Shown: positions 28,290-39,746, counted from the first letter of the stretch. The stretch is 64,000 nucleotides of DNA from an uncultured Gemmatimonadales bacterium (GCA_963701965.1 OY969695.1:3104001-3168000), one strand, 5' to 3'. Made by a program: numbers and translations. Notes: a model not told the origin generated them from the sequence alone.

Positions 28290-29427
28290 CAGGTCGCACT
28301 CCGCGCTCATCCTGCTATCGCCGGGGCAGGGCTGCTTGCGCGCAGCGTACAGCGCCTGCAATCGATCGATCTCGGCTTTCGGCCCGATCATCTGTCGCTG
28401 ATCAGCGTCGTATCTCAGTTCAGCAAATACGCGGATGAGCATCGGTACCACGCACTCGGCGATGCGCTCATGGCACGCTTTCGCTCCCTCCCCGGCGTGA
28501 CCGCGGTGACTCCGAGCATCATCGGCCCGTTCATCGGGCGAAATTCTGGGCCGGAGGTTGGCAGGCGGAGGGACAGTCAGTCGAGGAGGTGACGTCGAAT
28601 CCCAGGACGCCGTTTCCCGCGGGAGGACAGGACTACTTTCGCACGCTCGGTATCCCGATTGTCCGCGGCCGGCCGTTTCGACGAGCGTGAGAGGCGCGAG
28701 CCAGTCGCTGTCGTGAGCCAGAGCTTTGCTCGGCTCTATTGGCCCTCTCGGGATCCAATCGGCAAGCGAATCCGGCTTGACGGGAGTCCAGACCACTCCT
28801 GGCGCACGGTAGTCGGTGTCGCGGGAGAAAGCCGGTTTCGTTCGCTGCGCGAGCCCACCCCCATGGTGTACGTTCCCTACGCGCAGTCCGTGTGGCAAGG
28901 AATGATCGTGCTCCGGACGACGACCGAGCTCCACGCGTTGGTGCCCGCCATCCGGCACGACATCGCCCACGTCGATTCGACAGCGACGTGGTGGACAGCA
29001 CGCACTATGGACGACATCTCGCCGGGCCGCTCGCACAGCCGCGCTTTAGTGCATTCCTCCTCTCGGCGTTCGGCCTTGTCGCTCTAGCGCTGGCGGCGAT
29101 CGGTCTCTACCGCATCATGGCGTTGCCGTGCGCGAGCAGACGCGCGAGATTGGCGTGCGGATGGCGCTCGGTGCTACGCCGGCGCGTGTGCGCGGCGAAA
29201 TACTAAGGCGAGCCCTCGCAGTGTCAGTGCTCGGCGCGGCGACGGGATCGCGGGAGCGCTTGCGGCGTCGAGGTTGTTGTCATCATTGCTCTTTCAGGTG
29301 AGCCCGAAGGACTCCCTCGCGCTCTGACGCGTGCGGCATCCTGCTCGTTGTAGCGGTGATTGCGGCCTACCTGCCGGCGCGCCACGCGAGCCGGGTCGAT
29401 CCTGCGAACGCTCTCAAAGTCGACTAG
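28290..29427 (+). pseudogene. ADOP-type ABC permease, C-terminal half with multiple frameshifts
   Basis: GAGLLARSVQRLQSIDLGF, DPIGKRIRL, LAQPRFS, REIGVRMALGA, VDPANALKVD*. Confidence 0.8.
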
Positions 29428-29676
29428 GGATAGGGTGCAACCCTGGTAGTGAGGCGACACGATGAGGTCGTGAGTGTCCATTCCGCCCAGGCCGAACGCT
29501 TGGCCGATATCGGGTGCTATCGCCAGGTGTCCTTGCGGCCCTCGCATGTGACTGAGTGGGCTTGTCACGCGGTAACACGGAGGCGCGGGCCGGCCTGGCG
29601 GTCGACCGCTCCGCCGCGCATGACAGGCATGCCTATTCGCCGGCGCGCTCGGTGCGGCTCGCGTACCCTCCGGAAA

Positions 29677-29944
29677 CTACGCCACGTCGCGACGGACGAC
29701 GTCCCAGCATCCGAGGATCGCGACGATTATGCCTCCGACAATGCCGACCAGCAACGCGGTCCCGCGAAGCGTTGAGGTTGCCTGACGGGCTAGCACCACA
29801 TACGGAAGCGACCACGGAAAGACGCTCGCGAAGAGCGGTCCGTGCGGCGTACTCGCGATATTCTTCAATGTGCGCAGTAACATGATGGCGACTACCGTAC
29901 CGCCAATCCCCAACGTCATGGGGACGGTGAAGCTGCGCCAGCGG
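29677..29944 (-). pseudogene. ABC-2 permease, 3' part (interrupted by IS21)
   Basis: Removing the IS and one target duplication restores in-frame ...VAIRW-RSFTVPMTLGIGG... Confidence 0.85.
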
Positions 29945-30028
29945 CCTCGGTGGACACTTCATAACCGGCCACTGATGGACAGCTGATAACCGGCCACCAC
30001 GGTGGGGCGTCCGAGACTGGTGAGTGGG

Positions 30029-30796
30029 TTAGCGCGGCCCGATCGAGTCTGTGGACAAGCTGTCACCCTGGACCTTGGTGCGCCAGCTGCGGGGCCCGCA
30101 CTTGAGGATGTGGGCGTGGTGGAGGAGCCGATCGAGGAGCGCGGTGACCGCCGCGGTGTCGCCGAGCAGCTTGCCCCAGTCCTCGACCGGGCGATTGGAG
30201 GTGAGCAGTGTGGACGCCCGTTCGTAGCGGCGCATGATGAGTTCCAGGAGATCTTCAGCCGCCGTGTGGGGGAGCTTGCGCATGCCGAGATCGTCGATGA
30301 TGAGGAGCGGCACGGCGGCGAGTTCGGCGAGGTACGCTTTGCGCGTGCCGTCGAGCGTGGCGTCCGCCAGTTCTTCGAGCAGCGTGTGGGCCTCGCGATA
30401 GAGCACGCGGTAGCCTTGATGGATGACGGCGCGGCCGATCGCTTGCGCGAGATGGCTTTTCCCGCTGCCGGGTGGCCCGACGAACAGGGCGTCCTCCCGC
30501 TGGGCGACGAAGCGGGCGGTGGCGAGGTCGTAGACGAGGGCGCGGTTCATCTTCTTGTTGAAGTCGAAGTCGAAGGTGTCGAGCGTGCGATCCGGATCGC
30601 GGAAGCGGGCGTGTTTCTGCCGGCGCTCGAGGAGGCGATCCTGGCGGCGGAGGAGTTCATCGCTGACGAGGGCGGAGAGGAGATCGATGGGCGCGAGACG
30701 TTCGGTCTGGGCTTGGTGCAGCCGGGTCTCGAGAACCGCAGCCATGCCAGAGAGGCGGAGCTGGCGAAGGGCGTGATCGAGTTCAACGAGGTTCAT
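30029..30796 (-). CDS. istB: IS21 helper ATPase IstB
   Basis: GPPGSGKSHL Walker A, LLIIDDLG, TSNRP, ALLDRLLHH, GPRSWR. Confidence 0.95.
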   Translation of the reverse strand: MNLVELDHALRQLRLSGMAAVLETRLHQAQTERLAPIDLLSALVSDELLRRQDRLLERRQKHARFRDPDRTLDTFDFDFNKKMNRALVYDLATARFVAQREDALFVGPPGSGKSHLAQAIGRAVIHQGYRVLYREAHTLLEELADATLDGTRKAYLAELAAVPLLIIDDLGMRKLPHTAAEDLLELIMRRYERASTLLTSNRPVEDWGKLLGDTAAVTALLDRLLHHAHILKCGPRSWRTKVQGDSLSTDSIGPR

Positions 30797-32334
30797 GGGG
30801 GATCTCCGAGGTGGCGATCGATGAGGTCGCGGTAGAGGGTGAGTTGCCGGATGAGGGGATCGACTTGGCGGAGCGTGAGGGGGACGGGGACGCGGTGCTC
30901 GAGGTAGCGGCGGAGGAAGCGATAGGTGGGCACGCCCAGCTCGAGGGCGGCGTGCGCGGCCGCGTCAACGACGGCCGGGCCGTAGCGCTTGGCGAGGGCG
31001 AGGACGCCGAGGATGCGGCGGACGGCGAGCACGCCGTCCTGGCGGTGGATCGTGTCGCAGAGCGTGCCAATGTGCGGGCCGGCGCGCTGGGTCCGCGCGA
31101 GCAGGGCGACGGTCGTCAGCGGCGTCCGGGCGGGCCGATCGGTGTCGTGCACCCGATGCCGGCCGCGGGCCGTCCGCCGATGCTCCCGGAGGAGTTGCCC
31201 CGTGTCGGGGGCGAGGAGGCGCACCCAGAGATCGTTCCACTGGACCTGCACGCGCTGGCCGATCCAGCCGGGTGGAGCACTGTAGTACGCCGCCTCGACT
31301 TCGACGCACCCATCGAGATGCACGGTACGGGTGCCGTAGCGGTAGTAGCGGAAGGGTTCGAGCGGGAGCGGCCCGAGCGTGGGCTGTTCCTCGGCGAACA
31401 TCGCGGCGACCTGGCGCTTGGTCGTGCCGTGGATGCGCGTATCGGCCCAGCGCGTCTCCCACTGATCGAGATACGCCTGCGCCGCCTCCAGCGACTCGAA
31501 GCGGAGCCCCTTGAGCGGGGTCCGCTGCGTGTGGCCGATGCCCGATTCCACTTTGCCTTTGCGATCCGGATCCCGCACGCGACACGGCAAGGCCACGACG
31601 TGGTAGTGGGCCAAGACGTCGCGATAGAGTGGATTGAGCGTCGGGTCGTAGACGTCGGGCGTGAGGACGCCTTCGCGCAGGTTGTCGAGCACGATGACGC
31701 GCACCGTGCCGCCCAGCCGGCGGAAGGCGCGCTCATGCAGCTCGGCCCAGATCTGGGTGCTCGATCGCCAGACGAGGAGCCGGACCGACTTCCGCGAGTA
31801 GCCGAGCGTCAGGACGAAGAGCCGGACGCGCCGGTACTTCCCCGTGGCGGGGTCGCGCACCATCGGCCCCTCGCCGTAATCGACCTGCGCCTCGTCGCCC
31901 GGGGCGGTCGTGATCACCACGCGCGCCTCGACGGCCGCCGGATCGTGGAGCGTCCGGATGAACCGGCGGACACTCGCGTAGCGGGCCGCGAAGCCGTGCG
32001 TGTCGACCAGGTCTTGCCAGATCGCCATGGCGTTGCGGCCCTGCGCCACCCCGGCCACGATCTGCTCGCGGTACGGCTCGCACGCACTCGCCCGCCGCGA
32101 CGCGGTCGGCGCCGTCGAGTCGGTGGACACCACCGGTGTGGTGGCCGGATTTGCCGGCGGCCACGCGCGCGGCCGGCCGCCGCGCCCCCGCACCGGAATG
32201 CCCGCCGCCTTGAGATACGCGCTCGCCGTCTCCCGGCGCACGCCGGTCGCCTATTCGATCCGCCGGAGCGACCACCCCAGTCGCCCCAACGCCACGATCT
32301 GCTGTTGGATGTCGGCCTTCAAGACGTTGCTCAT
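30793..32334 (-). pseudogene. istA: IS21 transposase IstA with premature TAG at codon 28
   Basis: MSNVLKADIQQQIVALGRLGWSLRRIE*ATGVRRET (TAG at 32251-32253); EAQVDYG, LDNLREGV, RKGKVESGI DDE motifs. Confidence 0.9.
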
Positions 32335-32446
32335 GCCGGCGGAGGGACAATGCCCGCCGCCTCGGCGTCAACGCCTCGGACGTCCCCCCGGCTGGTGGCC
32401 GGTTTTCAGCCGTCGATCAGTGGCCGGTTTTGACTGTCCACCGAGG

Positions 32447-32986
32447 CCAGCGGATCGCCACCCACGTTTCCACCGCAAGCATCAGCGACACCGCCGGAAC
32501 GAATGAGAAGCTTCGCACGAGAATCGGCGCCCACGGGATCACGGGGTTGAGCCCGAAATCTGGCCTGAACACCAGAATGATTGCGCCTTCGAGGCCCGTG
32601 CCGATTGCGAGCACGAGCGAGCTAACGCCGAGCAGTCCCGCACCAACCAGCAGCTTGGCGACATAGATCGTCCAGCGAGGAGCGGGAAGTGCGAACAGGT
32701 GCTTCCAGGTGTTCTCGCGATGCTCCAGCCCAGCGAGGAGCGCCGCTTCCAGCGACACGAAGAGCGGGAGTCCGACGAGGCACCAGAGAAACAGCACGAG
32801 ATCGAGCATCAAACTATCCCAGCCATTGGGCTGATCCGGATCAAACCGGCTTCCGCGGGCACGGGACATGTTCATGGCGGTCGTCATCGCGATTACCGCG
32901 ACGGGGACAAGCGTTGACGCCCAGAGAGCGAGCGTTCTTCGGAGCTTGAGCACCTCCATTGCGGTGGCACGCACGAGATTCCTCAT
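32447..32986 (-). pseudogene. ABC-2 permease (LanE/G-like), 5' part
   Basis: EVLKLRRT, LEHRENTWKHLFALP.PRWTIYVAKL. Confidence 0.85.
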
Positions 32987-33930
32987 ACCGTCGGTCCGGG
33001 TGAACGAGGGGAACCGAGATGAGTCCCACTCGTCAGATCGAGGAAGAGTTCCTCCAATGATGGCCGCACCGTTCGGAGCTGATACAAGCTTAGTCCCGCA
33101 TTGATGAGTGCCGCGGCCACCCGGGCGACATCGGGTCGAAGCGCAAGATCGAGACTCAAGCCTGTTGACTCTTCGCGTGCGACCGTGCAACCGATTTTGC
33201 GGAGGACGGCGGCAGCGACCAGCGGGCGATCCACTTCAATCACCAGACGCTCCGGCCAGCGTCTGCGGAGAGCGTCCAGGGTCCCTTCGAACAACAGGCT
33301 TCCGCGTCCGATGATTCCAACATCAGACGCCAGCTGCTCGACCTCGGCGAGCAGATGACTCGACAAAAAGACGGTGATGCCGTGCTCGATCGCGAATCCG
33401 CGGATCAAGTCTCGGAACTCGTGAATGCCCGCCGGGTCGAGCCCGTTCGTTGGCTCGTCGAGAATCAACAACTCAGGTTGACCAAGCAGCGCAAGGGCGA
33501 TCCCAAGCCGTTGGCGCATGCCCTGCGAGAAGGTCTTGACGAGGCGGTGCGCGTCGCGCTCCAAGTGGACGATGCGCAACGCGCGCCCGATACTGGATCG
33601 ATCCAGCGCGAGCAGCCCCTGCGCCACCCGCAGGTTTTCGTAGCCCGTCAGGTGCGGATAGAGCGACGGTGCCTCGACCATCGCGCCGGTTCGACGAAGA
33701 AATGCCCGACGACTAGTTCGATCGAGGGGCCGGCCGAACGCGCGGATCTCACCGCGGTCTGGATGGGCAAGCCCGAGGAGCAAGCGGATGGTTGTGGTCT
33801 TTCCAGCGGCGTTTGGTCCGAGAAACGCGTACACGCTGCCGCGCGGCACGCGCAGGCTGAGGTCCTCGACGGCGCGCACGTCTCCGAAATATCGCGTCAA
33901 GGCGTGCGTTTCAATCGCGGTATCGGACAT
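32983..33930 (-). CDS. ABC transporter ATP-binding protein (BcrA/LanF-like)
   Basis: GPNAAGKTT, VEAPSLYPHLT, FSQGMRQRLG, LILDEPTNGLD, SSHLL. Confidence 0.92.
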   Translation of the reverse strand: MSDTAIETHALTRYFGDVRAVEDLSLRVPRGSVYAFLGPNAAGKTTTIRLLLGLAHPDRGEIRAFGRPLDRTSRRAFLRRTGAMVEAPSLYPHLTGYENLRVAQGLLALDRSSIGRALRIVHLERDAHRLVKTFSQGMRQRLGIALALLGQPELLILDEPTNGLDPAGIHEFRDLIRGFAIEHGITVFLSSHLLAEVEQLASDVGIIGRGSLLFEGTLDALRRRWPERLVIEVDRPLVAAAVLRKIGCTVAREESTGLSLDLALRPDVARVAAALINAGLSLYQLRTVRPSLEELFLDLTSGTHLGSPRSPGPTV

Positions 33931-33932
33931 GA

Positions 33933-33949
33933 ACTTTACAACATAAAGT
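33933..33949. promoter_or_regulatory. Palindrome ACTTTA-CAACA-TAAAGT next to the ABC ATPase start
   Basis: Perfect 6-bp inverted repeat 2 nt upstream of the ATG. Confidence 0.5.
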
Positions 33950-34053
33950 CGAATGCCGCTTGCGGCTAGAGGCTAGATCGCCACTGGGTCATGCGTCGGG
34001 AGCATTCGTCCTTGGAGGAGACTGGCGGTTCTCGCTCTCCTCCGAGGTGACGC

Positions 34054-34222
34054 ATGGATCTGACCGATGCGCAGTGGAGACGTTTGGAGCCCTTGTTGCC
34101 CAAACCCCGGGTGCGGAAGGATGGCCGCGGGCGGCCGTGGCGCGATCCGCGCGACGTCCTCACCGGGATTCTGTGGATCATGCGCACGGGGGCGCCGTGG
34201 CACGACCTGCCGCCCCGGCACC
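34054..34222 (+). mobile_element. IS5-family transposase N-terminal fragment
   Basis: [16 protein letters not shown]...[32 protein letters not shown], then truncated. Confidence 0.85.
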
Positions 34223-34332
34223 CGCTGGCACGCCGGCCGCAGCGAGCGCAGCGAGACCGAATAGACCCGAACGTGGCACTCCTCAACGGAGACAGAACCC
34301 ACTGTAAAGTGCTCTCTCTGGTGGCGCCCGCC

Positions 34333-36832
34333 CTAGTCGACTCGTAACGCCTCGGCAGGCGCGACGCGCGATGCCTGGCGCGCCGGCATCCAACTCGCCG
34401 CGATCACCGCCGCGACCAGCAAGACGGTGATCCCGATGTAGGTGGCCGGGTCAGACGGTGCAACGTCGTAGAGCAGCGAGCGCAGGACACGCGTCGCCGC
34501 GAGTGCCCCCACGATGCCCACGATGCCGCCGGCGGCCGCGATGACGACGCCCCGGCCGACCACGAGTTGCACGACCGAGGCGGGGGTCGCGCCCAACGCG
34601 ACGCGCACGCCAATCTCGCGCGTGCGCTGGACGACGGTGAACGCGAGTACACCGTACACGCCGAGCATCGCGAGCACGAGCGCAACGGTGGCGAACGAGG
34701 TGAGCAGCGAGGTTCCGAACCGGGCGAGGGCCATCGAGTCGCCGACGCGTCGAGCGAGTGGACGGACATCGTAGACCGGTGCGTTCGGTGCGACGCCATG
34801 GACCGCCCGCCGCAGGGACGCGACCAGCGCGAGTGGGTCGCCAGCCGTGCGAACCAGCATCGTCACCCGCACGTCCGGCATCTGCAGGTATGAGACGTAG
34901 ATGTCGATGCCGGGCACCGAGTCGGGCGAAGTGTATCGGACGTCCCCGACGACACCAACGACGCGCGCGGTATCGTCGGCAAAGCCGGCGATGCCAAGGC
35001 TCAAGGGCTTCCCGATCGGGTCTTCGCCTGGCCACAGGCGTCTCGCTGCAGTCTCACCCACGAGCACGACTCTCGGCGCGTTGGCGCGGTCCGCATCGGT
35101 GAACGCGCGGCCGCGGACGACCGGTACGCGCATCACCGAGGGCCAATGCGCGCTGATCACATGATCGCTCAGGGTCCGAAACTCGTTATCAGAGAGCGGC
35201 GGCCGATCCAGCAGGTAGATGGGCGTCCTGCCACAACCGCCACTCAGCGGCAGGCAGTCCTGCAGCGTAACGCCCGTGACTCCGGGAAGGCTCGCGACGG
35301 CCGCGAGCACCCGGTCGTAGTAGCCGGGGAGCAGATTCTCGTTCTTGCCGTCATGTGCGCCCGGGAACACGGCGTCATCGAGCGCATCCGGCCGGCCTAA
35401 TCCCACGGTCAGCACGTTGTTGGCGTCGAAGCCAAGCGGCACGGCGAGGAGGGTACTCAGACTCCGGACGAGGAGCCCCGCGCCAACGAGCAGCACGACG
35501 GCGAGCGCCACCTGCGCCGACGCAAGCAGCGCCCGTCCGCGTGCATCGCGTCGCTCCCGAACCCCTGTGCGCGGCGTCGCGCGCGTGGCATGGAGCGCGG
35601 GGAGCAGGCCAAAGAGAAGACACGTGCCCAAGGTGACCGCGGCGGCGAACGTCAGCGCCACTCCGTCGAGCTGAATTTGATCGAAGGATACGAGCCCGAG
35701 CGCGCCAAGCGTCCGCGGTCTTGCGGTGCGTGTTGGGTCGAGTGCAACGAGGAGCCGTTCGCCCCACCAGGCAAGCGCCGCTCCGGCCGTACCACCGATC
35801 GCGGCGAGGAGCGCACTCTCGGCGAACAGCTGACCGACGAGGCGCCGGCGCGGCGCGCCCAGCGCGACACGGATCGCAATCTCTCGTTGGCGCTCGGCGG
35901 CACGCACGAGCAATAGGTTCGCGACGTTGGCACAGGCGATGAGCAGCACGATGCCCACCGCGCCGAAGAGGGCGAGCAACGCGCGCCGCACCACCGGGTC
36001 CACGCGTCTCGTGTCCAACGCGCGCGCGACCGCGCCCCCGTGAGCACCCTTCGGCCCCTCCATCGGGAAGGATTCGTCGACGCGCTGGCCCAGTTGCCGC
36101 ACCTGCTCTTTGGCGAGCTCGGGCGACACACCGGGCTTGAGTCGTGCGACGAGCGTGTACAGGTTCGCCCAGGCTTCGCTTGCCGTCTCGGGCCTCGCCC
36201 CCATGATCGTCGCCCAGAGTTGGGCGTGTCCGGTCAGTCCGTGAAAGCTCGCCGGCATGACGCCGACGATCGTGTACGGGTCTCCACCGAGGTTGATCGT
36301 GTGGCCGAGGACACCGGAATCCGCATCGAAGCGCTGGCGCCAGAGCGCGTCACCGAGCAGCACGACCTTCGGTCCGTTCGGGACGCGCGTCTCATCCGCC
36401 GTGAAGTTGCGACCGAGCGCCGGACGGATCCCCAGCGTCGGCAGATAGCGGTCGTCCGTCACCTCGACCTTGATCCGTTGGGCGGCGTCGCCGCCCAGTA
36501 TCGTCGCCTGCCAGTCTGCATAGAGCGTGATGTCCGAGAAGACGCTCTGCGCATCGCGTAACAGGGCGAACTTCGGCGGCGACCAGACCATGTTATCCAT
36601 CGCCGGCATCTCGATGCATCGGCGGTCTGGTCATGCTCACGACCATGAGCCGGTCGGGATCGCGGAACGGGAGTCGGCGAAGCAACATCGTGTTGACGGC
36701 GCCGAAGATGGCGACGTTCGCGCCAATGCCAATGGCGAGGGTCAACACGGCAACGGCGGTGAACCCCAGGCGCTTCCGAAGGGCTCGTGCAGCGATGCGG
36801 ATGTCCTGCACGACGGCGTCGACGGTCGACAT
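34333..36832 (-). CDS. ADOP-type ABC permease (frameshift near 36605)
   Basis: [29 protein letters not shown] in 36593-36832 continues in 34333-36609 ([24 protein letters not shown]). Confidence 0.88.
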
Positions 36833-37093
36833 CGAAGCTCCTAACTGGCGCAGCTACGTTGGGCGAACAAGATGTGAGACTCGGGTGCGATCCCGATTGC
36901 TCACGATAGTGGTATCGCCCCTCGAAATCCAGCAATCCATGATCGCGAAACCCCGGTGGCTCGGGGAGTCTCGTCCGGCGGAATAGCAACAGAGTCGGCT
37001 CGATCTGTCACGGCACTTGATTCTGCGACGCCTTCGGTCAGTTGAAAATGCGACAGGTCATGAGGGTCGAGCCCGCTAGGTCGGTGGAATAAG

Positions 37094-37126
37094 GTAATCA
37101 TGATTACGGTATTGACAATTACCGTA
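37094..37126 (+). promoter_or_regulatory. Sigma70 promoter with overlapping palindromes
   Basis: GTAATCATGATTAC perfect palindrome (37094-37107); TACGGTA/TACCGTA inverted repeat bracketing TTGACA (37112-37117). Confidence 0.6.
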
Positions 37127-37167
37127 TTCTTTACACAATTTAGGGGGCTCCTAGATCAGGAATCGCC

Positions 37168-38595
37168 ATGCTTTTCGTTGGTCGCTCTCGTGAAATTCGT
37201 GTCCTCCGGGCCGAGGTCTCTGCCGACCGGCCATCGCTCGTGATCGTCTACGGGCGCCGCCGCGTCGGCAAGTCGGCGCTGTTGCGGCACGCGGTCCGCG
37301 GTCGGTCCGTGGTCTACTACCAGGCGACGAAAGTCGCCGATGCGGATGGCCAGGCGCTGTTCCGGGCCGAATTGGAGCGGACGCTCGGCGTTGACCCGAT
37401 CCTGACCGGACTCACCGGATGGGAAGCGCTTATCGGCTACGTCCAGCGACTTGCGGCCTCAACCCATCCTGGCCTCACGGTGGTGTTGGACGAGTTCCCA
37501 TACCTGTGCGAAGCGAACAAGGCGTTGCCGTCGATCGTGCAAAAAGTGTGGGATAGCGTCCGGTCGGCCGGTACTCCGCTCGCGCTCATCCTCTGTGGAT
37601 CGCAGGTCGCGTTCATGGAGGACCTGCTCGCGGAGCGCAACCCGCTCCATGGTCGGCATTCGGCGAAGCTGGATGTTGGGCCGCTGTCCTTTCGGGACAT
37701 CGCCGCATTCGCGCCGGACTGGCGCGCGGACGATGTGCTCCGTGGGTACGGCGTGTTCGGCGGCCTTCCGTATTACTGGTCGCTCGTGGACGGGAATGCT
37801 GACCTCGAGACCAACATCAAGCGCCTTGTGCTGGCCGACGGCGCGCCATTGCGTGACGAGCCCGTTCACTTGCTGCAAGCGGAATTCTCCAGCGTCGCCC
37901 GCTACGCCAGCGTCCTGTTCGCGGTCGCCGACGGATGCACGACGCGCAGCGAGATCGCCGGTCGCGTGCTGGCCCGAGGCGAGGAGGGGGCGATCCTAAC
38001 CCCATACATCGACAAGCTCGAGGCGCTGCGCCTCCTCAGGCGCGTGCATTCGTTGGACGTCCCCGACCCCGGTCGGAGTCGGCATACTCGCTTCTACATC
38101 GGCGATTCATTCCTCGCGTTCTACTATCAGTTCGTCCTGCCGAACTTGTCCGCGCTCGACGCCGGCCACGGGGCGGCCGTGTATCGGACGCACGTCGGCC
38201 CCAAGCTCGACGAATACATGGGTGGACGATTCGAAGAGATCTGTCGTCAGTACGTTTCCCTGTACGGCCAGGAGCGGTTGCCTGACGTGGCTGGCAAAGT
38301 CGGCAAGATCTGGGGCGCGGATTTCGACATCAATGTGGCCGGCGAGTTCCTCTCCGACGGTGGCTTCGCAGGCGAGTGCAAGTGGTCGAAGCACGCGACC
38401 GGCATCGGGGTCTATCAGACTCTCAGTGCCGCGGTTAAGCAAACGCGATACTACGACGGCGCCGATCCTCACCTTGTATTCTTTAGCCGTTCGGGATTTG
38501 CGCAGGATCTCGTTCGCGCCAAGTCGAACATGATGACACTCCTAACGCCGTCCGATCTCCTCTCCCGCTCACCAAAAGCCGCGAGCGGCCGATAA
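37168..38595 (+). CDS. AAA ATPase + wHTH + DUF234/PD-(D/E)xK nuclease-like domain
   Basis: FVGRSRE, YGRRRVGKS, VVLDEFPYL, LILCGS, FGGLPYY, MGGRFEEICRQ, GECKW, FFSRSGF. Confidence 0.88.
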   Translation: MLFVGRSREIRVLRAEVSADRPSLVIVYGRRRVGKSALLRHAVRGRSVVYYQATKVADADGQALFRAELERTLGVDPILTGLTGWEALIGYVQRLAASTHPGLTVVLDEFPYLCEANKALPSIVQKVWDSVRSAGTPLALILCGSQVAFMEDLLAERNPLHGRHSAKLDVGPLSFRDIAAFAPDWRADDVLRGYGVFGGLPYYWSLVDGNADLETNIKRLVLADGAPLRDEPVHLLQAEFSSVARYASVLFAVADGCTTRSEIAGRVLARGEEGAILTPYIDKLEALRLLRRVHSLDVPDPGRSRHTRFYIGDSFLAFYYQFVLPNLSALDAGHGAAVYRTHVGPKLDEYMGGRFEEICRQYVSLYGQERLPDVAGKVGKIWGADFDINVAGEFLSDGGFAGECKWSKHATGIGVYQTLSAAVKQTRYYDGADPHLVFFSRSGFAQDLVRAKSNMMTLLTPSDLLSRSPKAASGR

Positions 38596-38834
38596 CGGGA
38601 CATCTCCGCGTGCTCCCTCTGGAAGCGCGTCCGCCAGCGCGTCCGAGCCGCTCGGATCCAGCACTCGGGCGCTAACCCCGAACAGTCGCAATGCCAAAGC
38701 CATGCTCGAAACACTGCGCGCATTGGGAAAACATTGAGGCGGCAGTCGCTTCGGGATGAAGGGAGAGCCGTTGGCTGCGTCAAACGTGCCGTTCACTGCG
38801 TGCGATCGACTGTTGCCACCGTTGGACTCTAACG

Positions 38835-39608
38835 GTGACTACCGTTGGGCGCATGGCACACTCCTTCATTCTCAGGCCGTGTCAGCTGAGACGACTATCG
38901 CTACTCTCTATCCTGTTTTCATTCACTCCGTCGACGGTCAGCGCGCAAACCGTTCTTCAACCCGGGGATAAACGGATCCATCCCGAATGGCTGAAGCCCA
39001 CGCATGATTTTTACCGAACGGTCGTATCGGATTCCACTGGTCATGTCCGGTACGATTTCATGATGGATGATTTTACGATAATCGACTCAGCGGCTGGGAA
39101 GATCATTTTTGCCCGGTCACGTCAGGTCCCCCCCGGAAGATTCTCTACTGACACTTCAGTCACCGACCTGGCCCTGCGACCGCTGCGAATGCATGAAATT
39201 CATTACACGGAGAACGTCGATTTCGAGATGCTGTTTGGCGATACACTGGCCACTGTCCGGACTACCCGTAAAGGCGTGCCTTCCAGTAAGACCTACGCAA
39301 TGAAAAAGGGTTACTTCGAAGACAACATGATCGAAAACATTTTCGGGTACCTGGAGTTGCAAAAAGGCGTGGTCTACACACTCGATAATTTCAACAAGGA
39401 TACGCCCACGCCCTCGGACCCCTATACGCTCGAATATGTCTTTGATGACACCTGGTTCGTGGCCGCCGATCAGCAGATACCCTGTATGATGATCCGATTC
39501 ACACATGGTGCGACGACTGGCTATGTGTGGGTTGACAAGCGTACGCGGCAGGTGCTCAAGGAAGCAGGCCAGTCCAAAGGGGCCTCCTATGTTTTTAGAA
39601 AACTTTGA
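38835..39608 (+). CDS. Hypothetical secreted protein (lower GC)
   Basis: Signal-like LSLLSILFSFTPSTVSA; visibly AT-richer codon usage; start uncertain. Confidence 0.6.
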   Translation: MTTVGRMAHSFILRPCQLRRLSLLSILFSFTPSTVSAQTVLQPGDKRIHPEWLKPTHDFYRTVVSDSTGHVRYDFMMDDFTIIDSAAGKIIFARSRQVPPGRFSTDTSVTDLALRPLRMHEIHYTENVDFEMLFGDTLATVRTTRKGVPSSKTYAMKKGYFEDNMIENIFGYLELQKGVVYTLDNFNKDTPTPSDPYTLEYVFDDTWFVAADQQIPCMMIRFTHGATTGYVWVDKRTRQVLKEAGQSKGASYVFRKL

Positions 39609-39746
39609 AATACCTCACCAACACGACGTTCCCTGCAACTGTCGCTATCTGGCCCCATCGCCGGAGCCCATTGCGACTGCGGTCGACGGTCTCAGCGAGC
39701 CTCAGACCGACCTTGACATCAACGTGACGTGGCGTAGCGTTTCTGT

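Larger units (their letters stand above)
29945..32446 (-). mobile_element. IS21-family insertion sequence, 2502 bp
   Basis: Terminal IR CCTCGGTGGACA...TGTCCACCGAGG; internal 25-bp-period AACCGGCCAC repeats; 7-bp TSD CCAGCGG at 29938-29944 and 32447-32453; istA-istB inside. Confidence 0.93.

Noticed and set aside
32251..32253. Pyrrolysine or programmed readthrough of the istA TAG
   Set aside because: No pyl genes or supporting signal; a single CAG/GAG-to-TAG change is simpler
30811..32433. 540-aa plus-strand ORF (similar long antisense ORFs at 60559-62376, 20354-21646, 61748-63118)
   Set aside because: Shadow ORFs of high-GC genes on the opposite strand or another frame; no recognisable motifs
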